Positions 49,300-59,198 are shown, counted from the first letter of the stretch. The stretch: DNA of 64,000 bases from an uncultured Acidobacteriota bacterium (GCA_963770895.1 CAVYRF010000002.1:3104001-3168000), one strand, 5' to 3'. Program-made: numbers and translations. Notes: generated from the sequence alone by a model not told the origin.

Positions 49300-50589
49300 T
49301 CAGGAGGGCAGCGGCATCGGGCCGGCGATGCCGCCGCGGCCCAGCTTTTCGTGCGCCCGCGCCAGGTCCTGGGAGGTGAAGGCCGCCATCAGCGACAGCT
49401 CGCCGGCCAGCACGATGGCGCCCAGGATCTCCGCCAGACGCAGCGTCGCTTCGCCGCGCCGCGTCGGGTCGGGCGACACGCCGAGCATCGCCAGCGCTTC
49501 GCGCTGGGTGTCCAGGGCGGTGCCGCCGCCCACCGTGCCCAGCGGCACGTCGGGCATGAAGATCGACGCGAACACGCCGTCGTGACCGCGCGGCTCGATG
49601 CAGGTGACGCCCAGCGACCCTTCGACGACGTGCGCCGGATCCTGGCCGGTGGCGATGAAGAACGCCGCCAGGACGTTGGCATAGTGCGCGTTGAAGCCCA
49701 TCGAGCCGGCGGCGATCGAGCCCAGGAGGTTCTTGCGATACTGCACCTCCACCAGGTCGCGGGCGTTGGTCTTCAGGTTGTGATGGAGGATCGGCGCCTC
49801 CAGGATGATCTCGGCGTAGATGCGCTTGCCGCGGCCCTCCTGGAAGTTGATCGCGGCCGGCTTCTTGTCGACGCAGTAGTTGCCCGACAGGCCGATGCAG
49901 GCAACCCCCGTCGCCGGCTCGATCAGGTCGCTGACCACGCGGTCGCAGGCGATGGTCGCCATGTTCATCCCCATGGCGTCGCCGGAATCGAAGCGGAAGC
50001 GCAGGAACACCGTGGTGCCAAAGGCGAAAGGCCGCACTTCGAGCAGCCGCAGGTGGCTGCTGGTGGCTTCCGTGACGCGCCGCACGTCGTCGTAGTGGTC
50101 CTGGATCCAGCGCAGGAACGCCTGGGTCTGGACGATGCCGGAGGTGCGGAAGACCGGCGCCCGCGTCATCCCCACGTCTTCGACCCGCACCACCGCGCCG
50201 CCCGCTTCGCGCAGCGCCGAGCAGCCGCGGTTGGTGCTGGCGACCAGCGCCGCTTCGGTGGTGGCGAGCGGCACGTACACGTCGCCGTCGATGTGGTTGC
50301 CGCGTACCCGCAGGGGACCGCAGATCCCCATCGGGATCTGTGCCACGCCGATGAAGTTTTCGCAGTTGCGCCGCGACGCTCGCGTCACGTCCAGCGAGTG
50401 GTGGGCGATGTTGCTGAGCGGCGTCCGGGTCATCTCCTCCAGCGCCTGGCGGCGGATTTCCGCCGCCTCCGCGGGAGGCATGTCCTTGGGCAGCTCGTGG
50501 AAGCGGCGCTCCCCCGCGACCAGCGAGCGGACCAGCTCGACGCGTGTCAGGGGAGCGTTGGCGAGTGCGGTATTGGTGGCGTTGGTCAT
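49300..50589 (-). CDS. hmgA: class I (NADPH-type) HMG-CoA reductase
   Basis: ENFIG, PLATTEAALVASTNRG, DAMGMNM, class I-type SGNYCVDKK, GQDPAH, GTVGGGT, GELSL..LARAH. Confidence 0.95.
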   Translation of the reverse strand: MTNATNTALANAPLTRVELVRSLVAGERRFHELPKDMPPAEAAEIRRQALEEMTRTPLSNIAHHSLDVTRASRRNCENFIGVAQIPMGICGPLRVRGNHIDGDVYVPLATTEAALVASTNRGCSALREAGGAVVRVEDVGMTRAPVFRTSGIVQTQAFLRWIQDHYDDVRRVTEATSSHLRLLEVRPFAFGTTVFLRFRFDSGDAMGMNMATIACDRVVSDLIEPATGVACIGLSGNYCVDKKPAAINFQEGRGKRIYAEIILEAPILHHNLKTNARDLVEVQYRKNLLGSIAAGSMGFNAHYANVLAAFFIATGQDPAHVVEGSLGVTCIEPRGHDGVFASIFMPDVPLGTVGGGTALDTQREALAMLGVSPDPTRRGEATLRLAEILGAIVLAGELSLMAAFTSQDLARAHEKLGRGGIAGPMPLPS

Positions 50590-50590
50590 C

Positions 50591-51700
50591 TCACGAACCT
50601 TTACGGAGCTTGGCGTGGCGCAACTCCGCGATCGTTTTCGCGCCGAGACAGAACATGCAGATCTTGAGCTCCTGCACGATCCTCTGCACCTTGGCGACTA
50701 CTTTTTCGGGCGACTCGGTAGCCGCCTGCAAGAACGGAAATGCCATTCCGGCCAGGTCGGCGCCCAGCGCCAGTGCCTTGGCCACGTCGATGCCGTTGCG
50801 GATGCCGCCGCTGGCGATGACCGTCAGGCCCTCCACCGAGCGGACCTCCTGGATCGACAAGGGGGTGGGTATGCCCCACCCGGCAAACGCCTCGCCGATC
50901 TCGGTGTCGCCGGCGCGCGCCGCTTCGATGCGCGCCCAGCTGGTGCCGCCGACTCCCGCGGTATCCACGATACGAATTCCCTGCCCGGCCAGCGCCCGCG
51001 CGGTGGCCGCCGAAATGCCGCAGCCGATCTCCTTGATGATCACCGGCACCGACATGCCGCGGACGATTTCACCGATCTTCGGCAGCAGGCTGGCAAAGTT
51101 GCGCTGCCCTTCTGGCTGGATGGCCTCCTGCAACGGGTTGAGGTGCAGGATCAACGCGTCGGCCCCGATCATCTCCACTACCTGGCGGCAGGCTGCAAGA
51201 CCCAGGCCGTAATTGAGCTGGACGGCTCCCAGGTTGGCCAGCAGGGGGACCGACGGCGCGACCTCGCGAACTCGAAAGCTATCAGCTTTCGACGGATCCT
51301 CCAACGCCTTGCGCTGCGACCCGATGCCCACCGCGATGCCCGATCGTTCAGCCCCGGTGGCCAGATTACGGTTGATCAAAGCCGCCGCCGCCGTGCCGCC
51401 CGTCATCGAGGAAATGAGCAGCGGCGCCGCCAGGCGATGCCCCAGGAACTCCACCGACACGTCGACGTCGTCAAAGTCGATCTCAGGCAGCGCCGCATGA
51501 TCGAACTGGTAGGCGTCAAAGTAGTTGGCCTCCAGCTGCATGCGCCGCTCCAGCGCCAGCTGGATGTGCTCCGCCTTGCGGTCCCGCTCCAGCTCCTGGG
51601 CGACCGTGGCCGGCGCGGGCGGTGCTGCCGCCGCGGCCGGAGCGGCGGACGCGGCGGGGGGGGCGGGGGGGGCCACCGTCGAAGAGGGAGTCGCGCTCAC
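50591..51700 (-). CDS. fni: type 2 (FMN) isopentenyl-diphosphate isomerase
   Basis: RKAEH, SSMTGG, GSQR, NLGAVQ, HLNPLQE..QPEG, KEIGCG, GGTSW, SGGIR. Confidence 0.96.
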   Translation of the reverse strand: MSATPSSTVAPPAPPAASAAPAAAAAPPAPATVAQELERDRKAEHIQLALERRMQLEANYFDAYQFDHAALPEIDFDDVDVSVEFLGHRLAAPLLISSMTGGTAAAALINRNLATGAERSGIAVGIGSQRKALEDPSKADSFRVREVAPSVPLLANLGAVQLNYGLGLAACRQVVEMIGADALILHLNPLQEAIQPEGQRNFASLLPKIGEIVRGMSVPVIIKEIGCGISAATARALAGQGIRIVDTAGVGGTSWARIEAARAGDTEIGEAFAGWGIPTPLSIQEVRSVEGLTVIASGGIRNGIDVAKALALGADLAGMAFPFLQAATESPEKVVAKVQRIVQELKICMFCLGAKTIAELRHAKLRKGS

Positions 51701-53034
51701 TGCTTCCTCTCGCGCAGGTATTCCAGCAGGCCGGCCAGGAAGAGCAGCCCGTCGGCGGCCGCCGCCGGCGAAGGGCCGGCGCCGGCGCCCGCGGTGGGAG
51801 CGGCGGCAGCCGCCATCGCGTCCAGGGCGCGGCGCGCGTCGTCCAGACGTTCGGTGATCAGGCGGTGGATGGCGCGGCGCGCTCCCGTCCGTTCCAGGAC
51901 CTGCTGCACCCGTTCCACGCCGGCCGCGTCCAGGTCGGCCCTGCCCAGCGCCGACGTCACGACCGCGCGGTCCGCGGCGGTGCCCGCATGGATCGCGTGA
52001 TGCACCAGCAGGGTGAACTTGCCCTCGCGCAGGTCGTCGCCCACCGGCTTGCCCGTCGTCGCCGGATCGCCGAACACTCCCAGCAGGTCATCCTGTAGCT
52101 GGAACGCTTCGCCCACGGCGGTGCCGTAGCGTGACAGCTGGTCCCGCACCGCCGGCGGCGCACCGGCCAGCAGGGCGCCCAGCTGGATGGGCCGCTCGGC
52201 CGTGTACCGCCCCGACTTGAGCTGCAGCACCCTGAGGATCTCGGCGGCGCTGGCGGTTTTGGGGTCGGCCGGGTCCCGGTGGGCCAGCAGGAACTCCAGG
52301 TACTGGCCGCCGATCACCTCTTCGCACATCGTGGAAAAACACTGGCTCAGCTCGCCCCAGGAGACGTTCCGCCGCGGCGCGGCAGGGTCCACTCCAGCCG
52401 ACGCCGCCGACGCCGCGGATACCGCCGATGTCGCGGCGGGCGCCGGCAGGATGGCGCGGGCGAACAGTTCCACGGCGTAGGTGTGGGCCAGGTCCCCCAG
52501 CAGGATCGCCGCCGAGCGGCCGAAGTCTTCCCCGTCGCCGTGCAGGCCGCTGTCGCGATGCAGGCCGCGAAACCGCGCGTGCGCCGAGGGCTGGCCGCGC
52601 CGGGTGTCCGCGTGATCCATGATGTCGTCGTGGATCAGCAGGTAGGTGTGCAGAAACTCCGTTGCCAGCGCCAGCGGCACCACCCGCTGGTCGCCCTGCC
52701 CGCCGCACGCCAGGTAGGTGAAGTAGACGAACGCCGGCCGCAGCCGCTTGCCGCCCTGCTCCATCAGCCGGGCGATGCCGTCCACCAGGTCGCCCGGATC
52801 GCCCAGCCGCACCGCGTCACCGCCTGGTGCCGTCGCCGCGGGATCGACCGGGCTGGCCGAGACCGCACCAGCCTGCACGCCGCCCAGGGAGAGCCGCGTG
52901 CCGGCCCGCTTGCCGGCCAGAAACCCGCCGATCTCGCGCTCGATGCGCCCCCGGAAGCCGTCCAACAGGCGGCCGAACTGCTCCGGAGAGTGCGCAAGCG
53001 CTGCGGTGGGTGGCGCCGCTGCCGATTGAGACAA
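51697..53034 (-). CDS. short-chain polyprenyl diphosphate synthase (FPP/GGPP); start approximate
   Basis: GGKRLRP, FARM YLLIHDDIMD..RRG, GQ, KSG.Y, SARM FQLQDDLLG, GK..GDDLREGK.T. Confidence 0.92.
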   Translation of the reverse strand: MSQSAAAPPTAALAHSPEQFGRLLDGFRGRIEREIGGFLAGKRAGTRLSLGGVQAGAVSASPVDPAATAPGGDAVRLGDPGDLVDGIARLMEQGGKRLRPAFVYFTYLACGGQGDQRVVPLALATEFLHTYLLIHDDIMDHADTRRGQPSAHARFRGLHRDSGLHGDGEDFGRSAAILLGDLAHTYAVELFARAILPAPAATSAVSAASAASAGVDPAAPRRNVSWGELSQCFSTMCEEVIGGQYLEFLLAHRDPADPKTASAAEILRVLQLKSGRYTAERPIQLGALLAGAPPAVRDQLSRYGTAVGEAFQLQDDLLGVFGDPATTGKPVGDDLREGKFTLLVHHAIHAGTAADRAVVTSALGRADLDAAGVERVQQVLERTGARRAIHRLITERLDDARRALDAMAAAAAPTAGAGAGPSPAAAADGLLFLAGLLEYLRERKQ

Positions 53035-53346
53035 GTCAGAAACCTTTCAGCTGGATCGATGGGTGTCGCCGGCAACCGCGCAGAGCCTGAGCACGACCGG
53101 CCGTCCCGCCGCCGCACCGAACCCACAGAGGGTCTGCATGCGCCGACGGCCCCTCTCCATATCTAGAACAGCGTAATTTCGACCAAAACCTGGTAGCGCG
53201 TCCCCATCCAGCAGCCGCGCCAACCCCACCAGTCTATCCGAATTGCCCTTGCGCCAGAACTGCACCGGCTGCGCTTTGCCGCACAGGGCCGCGGGTCGGG
53301 TACGATCGGTTCGGTCAGGTTGAGCTGGCGACGGCGCGCCCGGCTG

Positions 53347-53514
53347 GACGTGGCCTGTCCTGGAGAAATCGAAAGCGGATGGCACCGCCATTCGGCGGCG
53401 CGGGCCAGGCGCGCCGACGCAGGCATAGCAGAGACTATGTCGAGGAGGCGCAACGCCGCCCCCGCCGTCGAGGGCAAGCCAGGCGCTTTCGATTCGAACA
53501 GGACAGGCCACTAG
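53347..53514. repeat. repeat A copy 2 (left CTAG replaced by GACG)
   Basis: Ungapped alignment to copy 1 at offset 7600; 27 differences in the 160-nt core by manual count; own inverted ends TGGCCTGTCCTG / CAGGACAGGCCA. Confidence 0.9.
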
Positions 53515-53658
53515 TACTACAGTGTCACAAACTCGCACAGGCTGCCGTGCAAGTTGTTCTGTCTCAGTACTTTGCGTATTTCAATTGAATACTTCTGAAA
53601 ATTTCGTGGAATTCAACGCTGGCAGGCTTTTTCTGCTGGCGTGACACAGTAGTACTAG
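53511..53658. mobile_element. repeat B copy 2
   Basis: Identical to copy 1 except 53556 G versus 45956 A; CTAG on both sides. Confidence 0.85.
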
Positions 53659-53700
53659 GTAGGGCTGGCGGACACGGAACGTGCTTGCGGGAGGTGGACG

Positions 53701-54498
53701 ATGAGCTTCGAGCTGTTGCAGGTAGATGCCTTTACGGACAGGGCCTTCGGCGGCAATCCCGCGGCGGTCTGCTTTTGCACCGAACCGCGTGAAGCGGGTT
53801 GGATGCAGCGTGTGGCGCAGCAGATGAATCTGTCCGAGACGGCCTTTTTGGAGCGGCGGGACGACGGCTTCGGGCTGCGCTGGTTCACGCCCACCGTCGA
53901 GGTCGAGCTGTGCGGCCACGCCACCCTGGCCAGCGCCCACGCCCTGTGGGAGACCGGGCGCCTGGACCCGCGGGCCGCGGCGCGCTTTCATACCCTGAGC
54001 GGCGAGCTGGTGGCCGAGCGCCGGGACGGCTGGATCGAGATGGACTTCCCCGCCTGGCTGCCCGACGCAACCCCGCTGGCCGCCGACGATCTTGCCCAGG
54101 CCTTGGGCGTCGAACCTCTGACCGCCGTCAAATGCCGCTCCTACGGAGTCGTGGAAGTCGCCACGGAAGCCATCGTGCGGGCCGCCACGCCCGCCATGCA
54201 CCTGCTGCGCAACCTGCCCTACGGCGGCGTGGTGCTGACCGCCCGCGCCGAAGGCCCGCCCTTCGACATCGTCTCGCGCTTCTTCGCCCCCGCCTTCGGC
54301 ATCGACGAAGACCCCGTCACCGGCTCCGCGCACTGCGCGCTGGGACCCTTCTGGTGTGAACGCCTGGGCAAGTCGGAGCTGATCGCCTGCCAGGCCTCCC
54401 CCCGCGGCGGCACCCTCCGGGTCCGCCTCGCCGGCGATCGCGTCAAGCTCCTGGGCCAGGCCGTCACCGTCTGGCGCGGCCAGCTCCTGGCAACCTGA
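53701..54498 (+). CDS. PhzF-family isomerase
   Basis: VDAFT..FGGNPAAV, NLSETAF, RWFTP..EVELCGHATLA, EDPVTGSAH; GGAGG upstream. Confidence 0.93.
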   Translation: MSFELLQVDAFTDRAFGGNPAAVCFCTEPREAGWMQRVAQQMNLSETAFLERRDDGFGLRWFTPTVEVELCGHATLASAHALWETGRLDPRAAARFHTLSGELVAERRDGWIEMDFPAWLPDATPLAADDLAQALGVEPLTAVKCRSYGVVEVATEAIVRAATPAMHLLRNLPYGGVVLTARAEGPPFDIVSRFFAPAFGIDEDPVTGSAHCALGPFWCERLGKSELIACQASPRGGTLRVRLAGDRVKLLGQAVTVWRGQLLAT

Positions 54499-54730
54499 CT
54501 CTCCCCGGTTCGGGACTGCAAGCGGGACGGGTGCGCTCTTGCGCGCTGTGGCGCCGGGCTGAGCTGCGGACCGATGCGCCCTGGCAGCCGGGATGCGACC
54601 GGAGGTTTGGTTCCTGGCCGCGGAATAAACAGGGCCGCGGGGAGTCTCCATGGGCGAAAGGGATCGACCGGTAGCGGCAGGACCGCGATGACGAGATCCC
54701 TTGTCTCAGAGCCCTTGAAAGGAGCCCAAA

Positions 54731-55174
54731 ATGACGATCTCACGCGCCCTCTGCTGCACGCTGCTGCTGGCCCTGACCAGTCTGGCCGCTCGCGCTACGA
54801 CGACAGTAGCGGTCGATCGCGACGTTCTGCCCACGGAGTCGTTGAGCGGCGCCGGTTTCGATGCCGACCCCAAAATCGGCCGCGCCTTTGTCGTCGTCAA
54901 CTTTCTCGACTACGGCGGCGAGGAGGCGAAGGTCGCTTCGCAACGTTTGTCGGTCCCGGGTCTGACATACGACGCGGCGACGCGAACCATCCATCTCCAG
55001 GATGGCGATCGCAACGTCACCTGCGCCGTGGCCAAGAAGGTGTTGTGGGTGACCCGCTTCAATTCCACCGAGCAGTGCCCCATCCGCGTGCATCAGGTTG
55101 CTGAGCAAAAGGTCTATGGCGTCGTCGCGAGCGAGAAAGCTCGCTTCATCGTCGAGGTCGGTGCCGACCGGTAG
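54731..55174 (+). CDS. secreted hypothetical protein
   Basis: AAAGGAG before ATG; signal peptide; beta-rich mature region with a Cys pair. Confidence 0.7.
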   Translation: MTISRALCCTLLLALTSLAARATTTVAVDRDVLPTESLSGAGFDADPKIGRAFVVVNFLDYGGEEAKVASQRLSVPGLTYDAATRTIHLQDGDRNVTCAVAKKVLWVTRFNSTEQCPIRVHQVAEQKVYGVVASEKARFIVEVGADR

Positions 55175-55274
55175 GAGGTGACAGTGCCTTGCGACCGCCC
55201 CCCTCCGGGTGTGCTGCGCTGGGGCCGCCCGTCCTCGCTGGAGAGCCTGGGCGGGCGGCCGCTCCCCGCTCCGG

Positions 55275-57716
55275 CTATTCCTGCCGCAGGATGATCAGGG
55301 GGGAAACCGTCGTCGCGCGGCGGGTGGGGAGGTAGCTGGCGACGGCAGCCACTGCCGCGAGGATCAGCGCGGCGCCGAGGAATACGGCGGGGTCTTGCGG
55401 ATCGACTCCGAAGAGCAGGTCGGAGATGGCGCTCACGGCGAGAAGAGCGCCCAGGAGCCCGCAGGCGAGCCCCACCGCCACCGCGTGGAGCGCCTGGCGC
55501 AGGAAGAGGCGCACCACGTCGGAGCGCTGGGCTCCCAGGGCCATGCGAATCCCGATCTCGCGGCGGCGCTGGGCAATCGAGTGCGCGATCACGGCGTAGA
55601 TGCCGATCATCACCAGGATGAGCGCTACGGCGCCGAAGAGGGTGAGGAGCGCGGCACAGACGCGCGGTGCCCAGAGGAGCTGGCCGACCACCTCGGAGAT
55701 GGTTTTGACCCGCGTCAGCGGCATCTCGGGCACCAGGGCCTGGACCCGGCGCTTCACGGCGGCGAGGGCCGTCGCCGGCGCGCCGTAGGTGCGGATGTGA
55801 AGGGTGACGGCCGGCGTGTACTCCTGGGCGATGGGCAGGTAGATGTAGAGCTGCGGTGTTTCGCCCAGGGTGTTGTACTTGACGTCCCGCGCCACGCCGA
55901 CGATTTCCACGACTCCGTTGGTGGCGGTGAAGCGCTTGCCGATGGGGCTTTCGCCGGGCCAGAAGCGCGCGGCCAGAGTCTGGTTGACGATCACGACCGG
56001 GCGTGAGTCGGCGCGGTCGGCGGCCAAGAAGGCGCGGCCGCGCAGGATGGGAATGCCCAGGGTTGCGAAGTAGCCCGGCCCCACCGAGCTCTGCTGCGCG
56101 ATGACGCGATGGTCGGCGGGCGCCGCGGGGCTATCGATCAGCAGAGCGTGGTTTTCCCCCGTGTCCGCCAGCATCAGGTTTTCCCCGATCGCCGCGGAAC
56201 GCACGCCGGGGATCGCCGCGGCCTGGTCGGCCACCTGCCGCAGCACCTGCTGCCCGCGCGCCGCGTCAAAGCCCTGGCTGTCAAGATCGAAGGAGAGCAC
56301 GGCCAGATGATCGCGCTCGAATCCCGGGTCGACGCGCAGGGCGTGCTTGAGGCTCAGGAGGAACAGCACGGCACCGACAAGCGCCACGACCGACAGGCCC
56401 ACCTGCCCCACGATCAGGAGGTTGCGCAGGCCGAATCGCCGTACCGAACCGCCGGCGATCGCTGCCGCCTCGTTCTTGAGCGCCGGCACCAGGTCGGGGC
56501 GGCTGGCGGCGAGGGCGGGCACCAGCCCGAAGAGCGACGCGGTGGCGAGCGACAGGGCGAAGGCGAAGCAGAGCACGCGGCCGTCCAGGCCCAGCTCCAG
56601 CGACTGCGGCAGGTACGGGGTCTGGACCAGAGAGATCAGGCTGAAGGACCAGCTGGCAACGAGGAGGCCGGCTGCGCCGGCAGGCAGGGCCAGGGCCAGA
56701 CTCTCGACAAGCAGCTGCCGGATCAGGTCGCTCCGCCGGCCTCCCAGGGCGATGCGGACGGCGATCTCCTTGCGCCGGCCCGAGGCCCGGACCAGCAGCA
56801 GGTTGGCCAGGTTGGCGCAGGCGATGAGGAGGATCAGGCCCACCATGGTGGCGACCAGCCCGCCGGCCCGCACGTACGTCTGGCGGTTGTTGGGGCTGAT
56901 CAGCGCCTGGCCCAGGGGCACCACGGCGACGCTGCGCCGGCGGTTGGCTTGAGGGTATTCGCGGGCGAGTTGATCGGCCAGCGACGTCAGGGCGGCCTGC
57001 GCCTGACCCACGCCCATCCCGGACTTGAGCCGCCCTACGGCCGCGAATCCAAGGACCCGGCGGTTGTCCCACAGCGAGCGTGGGAAGTCCGCCAGGACCA
57101 GCCTGTAGGCCCCCTCCGGCACCCAGAAGTCGGCGCGCTGCACGAAGTCGGTGCCATAGAACCCGCCGGGGGCCACCCCGACGACGGTGAACTCGTGGCC
57201 GTTGAGGCGGATCACCCGGCCGAGGATGCCCGCGTCCGCGCCGAACCTCCTGCGCCAAAGGCCGTGGCCCAGGACGACCACCGGGCGGGCAACGCGGTCT
57301 TCCTCCGGCAGGAAGGTACGCCCGAGCACCGGCCGCACCCCCAGGGTTTTGAAATAGCTGGCGGAGACCAGGTTGCCGGAGATCCGCTCGGGCCGGCCGC
57401 CGGCGGAGAGGCTCAGGCTCACCGGCCAGACCACCGCAAGGTCGGAGAAGACGCCGCCAAGATCGCGGTAGTCGGCGGCGTTGAGCCGCGAAACCGGGAG
57501 GTAGCCGGGGATGTCCGGAGAGACGGTGAACACCGCGACCAGCCTGGACATATCGGCAACCGGCAGCGGCCGCAGGAACACGGCGTTGAGGACAGTGAAG
57601 ATCGCCGTGTTGGTGCCGATCCCCAGCGTCAGCGAGAGGAGCGCGACGGCCGTGAAACCGGGCCGGAGGACCAGGCCGCGCCAGGCATACCGCAGATCTT
57701 GCAGGAGCTTCTCCAT
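55275..57716 (-). CDS. duplicated MacB/FtsX-type ABC permease (ADOP-like)
   Basis: MEKLLQDLRYAWRGL..PGFT, LIACANLANLLL.R...R.KEIAVR.ALG, second RRREIGIRMALGA; no ATPase gene adjacent. Confidence 0.92.
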   Translation of the reverse strand: MEKLLQDLRYAWRGLVLRPGFTAVALLSLTLGIGTNTAIFTVLNAVFLRPLPVADMSRLVAVFTVSPDIPGYLPVSRLNAADYRDLGGVFSDLAVVWPVSLSLSAGGRPERISGNLVSASYFKTLGVRPVLGRTFLPEEDRVARPVVVLGHGLWRRRFGADAGILGRVIRLNGHEFTVVGVAPGGFYGTDFVQRADFWVPEGAYRLVLADFPRSLWDNRRVLGFAAVGRLKSGMGVGQAQAALTSLADQLAREYPQANRRRSVAVVPLGQALISPNNRQTYVRAGGLVATMVGLILLIACANLANLLLVRASGRRKEIAVRIALGGRRSDLIRQLLVESLALALPAGAAGLLVASWSFSLISLVQTPYLPQSLELGLDGRVLCFAFALSLATASLFGLVPALAASRPDLVPALKNEAAAIAGGSVRRFGLRNLLIVGQVGLSVVALVGAVLFLLSLKHALRVDPGFERDHLAVLSFDLDSQGFDAARGQQVLRQVADQAAAIPGVRSAAIGENLMLADTGENHALLIDSPAAPADHRVIAQQSSVGPGYFATLGIPILRGRAFLAADRADSRPVVIVNQTLAARFWPGESPIGKRFTATNGVVEIVGVARDVKYNTLGETPQLYIYLPIAQEYTPAVTLHIRTYGAPATALAAVKRRVQALVPEMPLTRVKTISEVVGQLLWAPRVCAALLTLFGAVALILVMIGIYAVIAHSIAQRRREIGIRMALGAQRSDVVRLFLRQALHAVAVGLACGLLGALLAVSAISDLLFGVDPQDPAVFLGAALILAAVAAVASYLPTRRATTVSPLIILRQE

Positions 57717-58186
57717 GCCTACCCAGTCTCCCGTTCCATCAATTTCCGCGGAACCGCGCCTTTCTCCCGCCCAATCCTGACGCCGCCACGGACCCGTGCT
57801 TGATCCTACAGCGCCCTGCTTCCGCCGGCTGGGTACCGGCGGGAGATTCCCTGGCCTGCTGAGTGATGCCGACGCAGTACGCGCATCGCCCTCGACGCGG
57901 AGACGCCTGGGTTCGGCGCCGGACATCAGCTGGGCCAACGCCGGCGAGGTAGCCAGCCGCGCACTTTCCTCATACAGCCCTTCGGTAGTGCCTTGCGCCG
58001 AAACTGCCAGCCAGCCTCCGGCGCTTCTCTGCATTGGGCCTCGTCGGTCTGCGCGGTCAAAACAAGGCGCGAGCCCCCCTGGGCTTGAGGAACAGCCCCT
58101 TTGCGTTCGCCATGTCCGCCCGGCGGCCGCGGGGATCGTGCGCGATTGCGTCGCGGACGATCTGGGTGCGGCCGGCGCGGGATGGG

Positions 58187-58912
58187 TCAGTGACTTGGTT
58201 TGAGCCTGTTTGCGTCCTTGTAGGGTGGCGCAGGGGTGGCGGCGAGGGCTTGGTGCCAATAGCGGAGGAGGTTGTGGAAACCCTCCAGCATCTGGCCAAG
58301 GGCCTGCTCTTCTTCGAGGGCGAGGGGTCGCTGGCTTGAGGAGCTTGGCTGGTCGAGGCCGAGCACGCCGTAGAGTTGCGCACCCAGATTCTTGTTCAGG
58401 TCCGGCGCCGACGAATCGGCTTCCGGATCCGTGGATTGAGCGGAACCGCTCGCGCCGAAGGGGTTGGGGGGCTTTGGCTGCCGCACCTCATCGATGGCGC
58501 CGGCGACTCCGATCGGGTCGTGGACGTCTCCGATCTGGTTGTATCGGGTCGAGGGCGCGGTGACTCCGGTCAACGGGCGCCCTGGTGCCGCGCCGCCGTC
58601 CAGCCAGCTGGTGGTGTGCCAGCCGCGCCAGCTCTTGATCAGCTCGGGCCGGCCGTTGACGATCTGCAGGGCGTTGTGCAGGTCGTTGAGATCGCAACCC
58701 AGCGATTCCAGCAGCTTTTCCAGGGTGTCGAGCGAAGGGCGCTGGCGGCCGGTTTCATAGGCCGATAGCATGCCTTTGGTGATGCCGGCGGAGTCCGCGA
58801 CCCGGTACTGCTTGCGGGTCTGTTTTTCACGCAGCCAGCGGAGAGCCTGGCCCAGTCCGGTCAAGGGGGCCGTAGCCAGGGGGGAGAGGGACGAAGAGTT
58901 GGAGGTTGGCAC
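58187..58912 (-). CDS. XRE-family HTH protein with a low-complexity C-terminal region
   Basis: LRWLRE..RKQYRVADSAGITKGMLSAYETGRQRPSLDTLEKL; AGGAG before GTG 58912. Confidence 0.85.
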   Translation of the reverse strand: MPTSNSSSLSPLATAPLTGLGQALRWLREKQTRKQYRVADSAGITKGMLSAYETGRQRPSLDTLEKLLESLGCDLNDLHNALQIVNGRPELIKSWRGWHTTSWLDGGAAPGRPLTGVTAPSTRYNQIGDVHDPIGVAGAIDEVRQPKPPNPFGASGSAQSTDPEADSSAPDLNKNLGAQLYGVLGLDQPSSSSQRPLALEEEQALGQMLEGFHNLLRYWHQALAATPAPPYKDANRLKPSH

Positions 58913-58945
58913 CGGGCGTATCTCCTGGTCACGACTGACAAGCGG

Positions 58946-58974
58946 AGCATAGGCGAGAATGGGGCGTAAGTCAA
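58946..58974 (-). promoter_or_regulatory. sigma70 promoter of the XRE gene
   Basis: Minus strand TTGACT (58974-58969), 17 nt, TATGCT (58951-58946). Confidence 0.7.
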
Positions 58975-59171
58975 TCGCCAAGAGAGCCGAGTCATGTCCT
59001 TATCCGGTCTAGGTGATGGAGGGCCGCCGGGGCCGACTGTTCCATGCCGTACCCCCCATGGGTTGCCCCGACCGCGGCGCGCCTGCGGCGCGTCCGCGAT
59101 CGGGCCGGGAGGCCGAGCGGAGCTGTTTTGCCGCACCTGGCCGGTGCGATGCAGCGGCTTGCTTGCTATCC

Positions 59172-59189
59172 CGGTAACCGTGCTACCAT
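59172..59189 (+). promoter_or_regulatory. higBA extended -10 with adjacent palindrome
   Basis: CGGTAACCG (59172-59180) followed by TGC-TACCAT (59181-59189), 9 nt before ATG. Confidence 0.5.
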
Positions 59190-59198
59190 GTCTCTGGG

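Noticed and set aside
53312-53322. CGGTCAGGTTG upstream of the MVA operon, matching the 877-887 motif in reverse
   Set aside because: Single half-site in GC-rich DNA; chance is likely.
45747-53658. CRISPR array or prophage att pair
   Set aside because: Only two long copies, no repeat-spacer periodicity, and no cas, integrase or phage genes.
53701-54498. Phenazine biosynthesis
   Set aside because: Stand-alone PhzF homolog with no other phz genes.
57720-58186. Long intergenic regions (also 54500-54730 and 59795-60090) as riboswitch or sRNA candidates
   Set aside because: I could not recognise any conserved motif by eye; an Rfam cmscan would be needed.
55275-58259. 994-aa version of the permease
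   Set aside because: The family-typical start MEKLLQDLRYA is at 57716; the extension is not protein-like.
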